Assembly (NCBI GenBank): GCA_050250895.1 | Contig: JBFWNU010000001.1 | Span: forward strand, 1,384,008 to 1,448,007 | Direction of reading: 5' to 3' | Origin: Vulcanimicrobiota bacterium | GTDB taxonomy: Bacteria > Vulcanimicrobiota > Xenobia > Xenobiales > JADMJV01 | DNA length: 64,000 nucleotides | Shown: positions 61,567-64,000 of the stretch, piece by piece | Layout: each line of letters starts with the position of its first letter | How positions within the stretch are numbered: the stretch's first letter is position 1 | Position numbers and translations under genes: made by a program | The notes under the pieces: generated by a model | Database searches by the model: none | What the model saw: only the letters and a program-made list of their open reading frames with translations | Told to the model about the DNA's origin: nothing

Positions 61567-62229
61567 ATGGAGACGGAGCTGGCGGGAAACCCCGACTTCG
61601 GTCATATAAAGTTTCGTCTCGACTCTGGGGATAAGATTCTCGTAGAGTCGGGAGCGATGGCCGTGATGGATACCCACGTCGCGGTCGAGTCGAAGATGAT
61701 GGGCGGCTTCGTGCCGGCGGTCATGCGCAAATTGTTGGCTGGCGAGAGCCTGATGGTGGGCGAGTATTCCTCGAGTCAGGCGGGCCAGCGCCTGCAGATC
61801 TCGCCGGCGATCCCCGGCCAGGTATTGCATCGCAACTTGCAGGGCGAGACGCTCATGATGCAAGCCGGATCGTTTCTGGCCTGCACGCCCGGGGTGAATG
61901 TGAGCACCGTCTTTGGCGGTATCAAAGCCCTCTTTTCCGGAGAAGGCATGTTCTTTCTCAAGATTACCGGCCAGGGAGACCTTTGGTTTAACGCCTACGG
62001 CTCGGTGGTCGAACACGAGATGAGCGGCGATTTCATTGTCGATACCGGTCACGTCGTAGGCTGGGAACCCTCGGTCAACTGGGAGATCACCGGCATGGGC
62101 AACCTGATGTCGACGATCTTTTCGGGCGAGGGTCTGGTCATTCGCTTCTCGGGCAGCGGCAAAGTATGGCTTCAAACGCGATCGATGGGCGGCCTTTCGG
62201 GCTGGCTGTCGGGATATTGTAGGGGGTAG
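61567..62229 (+). CDS. AIM24/TIGR00266 family protein
   Basis: ESGAM, LAGES, GSFLA, GEGMF, AYGS, VDTGHVV, VWLQTR. Confidence 0.9.
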   Translation: METELAGNPDFGHIKFRLDSGDKILVESGAMAVMDTHVAVESKMMGGFVPAVMRKLLAGESLMVGEYSSSQAGQRLQISPAIPGQVLHRNLQGETLMMQAGSFLACTPGVNVSTVFGGIKALFSGEGMFFLKITGQGDLWFNAYGSVVEHEMSGDFIVDTGHVVGWEPSVNWEITGMGNLMSTIFSGEGLVIRFSGSGKVWLQTRSMGGLSGWLSGYCRG

Positions 62230-62231
62230 CG

Positions 62232-62912
62232 ATGCGCACCGAAATTATTGGTCACCACGCCTTTCAGAGTTGCCGCGTGGTCATGGAGCAGGGCGAGCAC
62301 TTCATCAGCGAAGCTGGCAAGATGGTGCGAATGTCGGCCGAGATCGATGTCGACGTCACCACCAAGAAAAATAGCGGCGGCCTGTTGGGCGGGCTCAAGC
62401 GCCTGATGGGCGGCGACTCGTTCTTCTTTTCGACCTACACCGCCCGGGCCAACGATGTCGAGGTGGTGCTGGGTCCTGTCTTGCCCGGCAACATCGGCCT
62501 GCTCGAGTTAGACGGTTCGAGCGGCTGGTATTCGGCGGGTGGCTCCTACATGGCCTCGGGCCCCAACATTCAAACCGAGCCGAAGTGGCAGGGCATGAAG
62601 GGGCTTTTTAGCGGTGAGAACCTGGTCTTCGTGCACTGCACCGGCACCGGGCCGGTGGTGCTCGACGCCTTTGGTGTCATCTGGGAAGAGCAGGTCAACG
62701 GCACCTTCATCGTCGACACTGGCCACGTGGTGGCCTTCGAGGACACACTCGAGTACGAGATCACCAAGGTTGGCGGGTCGTGGCTGACCTCTTTCCTGGC
62801 GGGCGAGGGGTTCGTCATCAACTTCAAAGGCACCGGACGCGTGATGGTGCAGTCTCACAACCGCAACGAGTTCGGGCGCTCCCTGGGCCCGATGCTTCCA
62901 CCGAGGGCTTAA
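62232..62912 (+). CDS. AIM24/TIGR00266 family protein
   Basis: EAGKM, GGDSFF, GSYMA, VDTGHVVAF, GEGF, VMVQSHN. Confidence 0.9.
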   Translation: MRTEIIGHHAFQSCRVVMEQGEHFISEAGKMVRMSAEIDVDVTTKKNSGGLLGGLKRLMGGDSFFFSTYTARANDVEVVLGPVLPGNIGLLELDGSSGWYSAGGSYMASGPNIQTEPKWQGMKGLFSGENLVFVHCTGTGPVVLDAFGVIWEEQVNGTFIVDTGHVVAFEDTLEYEITKVGGSWLTSFLAGEGFVINFKGTGRVMVQSHNRNEFGRSLGPMLPPRA

Positions 62913-62914
62913 AG

Positions 62915-63586
62915 ATGGAATACAACATTATTTGTGAAGGCAGTTATCCCGCACTGGAGGTGACCCTCAATCCGGGCGAAACGTTGGTCTCCGAGGCCGG
63001 CGCGATGGCCTGGATGGACACTTCCATCCAGGCCAAGACCTCGGCCCGCGGAGGGATCGGCGGGGCGCTCAAGCGCGGTATCCTGGGCGGCGAGAGTTTC
63101 TTTCAGAACGAATACACCACCACCCAGGCTGGGGCCAGGATCACGCTGGTTTCGGGTCAGCCGGGTTACATTCGGGCCACCGACATGGAGGGCGAGAACC
63201 TCATGCTCGAGCGTGGAGCCTACCTCGCCTCGACCCCCGATGTGGTGGTCGACTCCAAGTTCCAGGGCTTAAAGAAGATGTTCGCCGAGGGCATGTTCGT
63301 GCTCACCGCCAGCGGCTCGGGAACTCTCTTCTGGAACGCCTATGGCGATATCCAGCAGATCGACGTGGCCGGCGAATACATTGTCGACAACGGCTACGCC
63401 GTAGCCTGGGATGCCAGCCTCGACTATGACGTCACTCGCAGCGGGCGCAAGATCAGGGCGTTCTTGTTCGGCGACCAGCTCGTGATGAAATTTCGCGGCC
63501 ACGGCCGGGTCTGGGTGCAATCTCGCTCGGCCCGCGCCTTAGCCAGCTGGATCCATCCCTACCGCCGAGTCCAGAACAAGGGCTAG
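62915..63586 (+). CDS. AIM24/TIGR00266 family protein
   Basis: EAGAM, GGESFF, GAYLA, AYGD, VDNGYAVAW, VWVQSR. Confidence 0.9.
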   Translation: MEYNIICEGSYPALEVTLNPGETLVSEAGAMAWMDTSIQAKTSARGGIGGALKRGILGGESFFQNEYTTTQAGARITLVSGQPGYIRATDMEGENLMLERGAYLASTPDVVVDSKFQGLKKMFAEGMFVLTASGSGTLFWNAYGDIQQIDVAGEYIVDNGYAVAWDASLDYDVTRSGRKIRAFLFGDQLVMKFRGHGRVWVQSRSARALASWIHPYRRVQNKG

Positions 63587-63598
63587 TCCCTGTCCTGA

Positions 63599-64000
63599 CT
63601 AACCCGAGAGGGGTTCGTATTCGACCTGTTGCTGGCTGTCAGGCTGGAGGGGAGCCTTGACCGCTGGGAAGTCGTCGATGTCGGTGGTAAAGTCGGGCGG
63701 CACCGTCCGGAGCAGGTCTTTGAGCTCGAAGGTCGTTTGATTGTCCAGTTGCCTGAGCAGCTTGTGCAAATTCTCGGCCGAAGGGTCATCGCTCATCCCC
63801 GAACGGGCCTCCAGGAAAGCGGGCCCGAACTTCTCCCACAGCGGTCCGTCGGTCTGGCGGCCCCGCGAGAGTTGGACCAGGTCGCGAATGACATCCCGCC
63901 AATAGGCCGCCGCATGGGTTCGAGTAGCTCCCATCTCGTCGGCCTGAGCCTCGTTGATGGTGGTCAACAGCAAGGGCTTTTCGTAATAGACGTTGTTATC
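63599..64000 (-). CDS. Hypothetical protein, C-terminal part (5' end outside window)
   Basis: Frame stays open to the window edge (DNNVYYEKPLLLTTINEAQ...EYEPLSG). Confidence 0.65.
   Translation of the reverse strand, partial: DNNVYYEKPLLLTTINEAQADEMGATRTHAAAYWRDVIRDLVQLSRGRQTDGPLWEKFGPAFLEARSGMSDDPSAENLHKLLRQLDNQTTFELKDLLRTVPPDFTTDIDDFPAVKAPLQPDSQQQVEYEPLSG

Overview
GC-rich bacterial chromosomal window with about 60 densely packed CDSs and no rRNA, tRNA, CRISPR array or transposase that I can see. An SLH + coiled-coil + beta-barrel (OmpM-like) protein points to a diderm Terrabacteria lineage; the gene style suggests Eremiobacterota/Vulcanimicrobiota, which is inference only. Contents in order: 2-oxoacid dehydrogenase genes (lpdA, E1 alpha, partial E1 beta), a GT2/GT-C/methyltransferase cluster, mmsA, two two-component pairs, two HD-GYP proteins and a PilZ protein, an ECF sigma/FecR pair, two paralogous signal-peptide-less S8 proteases flanking ankyrin, glycine-zipper and TPR/AAA genes, msrB, malQ, an orphan PilC plus minor-pilin module, two convergent circularly-permuted ATP-grasp/alpha-E/transglutaminase modules, and an M48 peptidase + 3x AIM24 operon. 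Most notable: (1) a sigmaH(Spo0H)-like promoter motif AGG-N18-20-GAA(N) before at least 18 genes, 13 of them 8-10 nt from the start codon, plus a second class of leaderless sigma70-type promoters; (2) the two ATP-grasp modules carry reciprocal catalytic-motif losses and surround gamma-glutamyl-type hydrolases; (3) a shared non-Sec N-terminal leader on both proteases and one HD-GYP protein, and a shared promoter/operator on the proteases; (4) an ATPase-less protein resembling the C-terminal half of SspC/BrxC-type defence ATPases inside a cyclic-dinucleotide operon; (5) a hidden 57-aa gene, a candidate antisense sRNA, a small repeat-flanked palindromic element and a Lon-N gene with no canonical start. 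All family calls are by eye from motifs; no searches were run.
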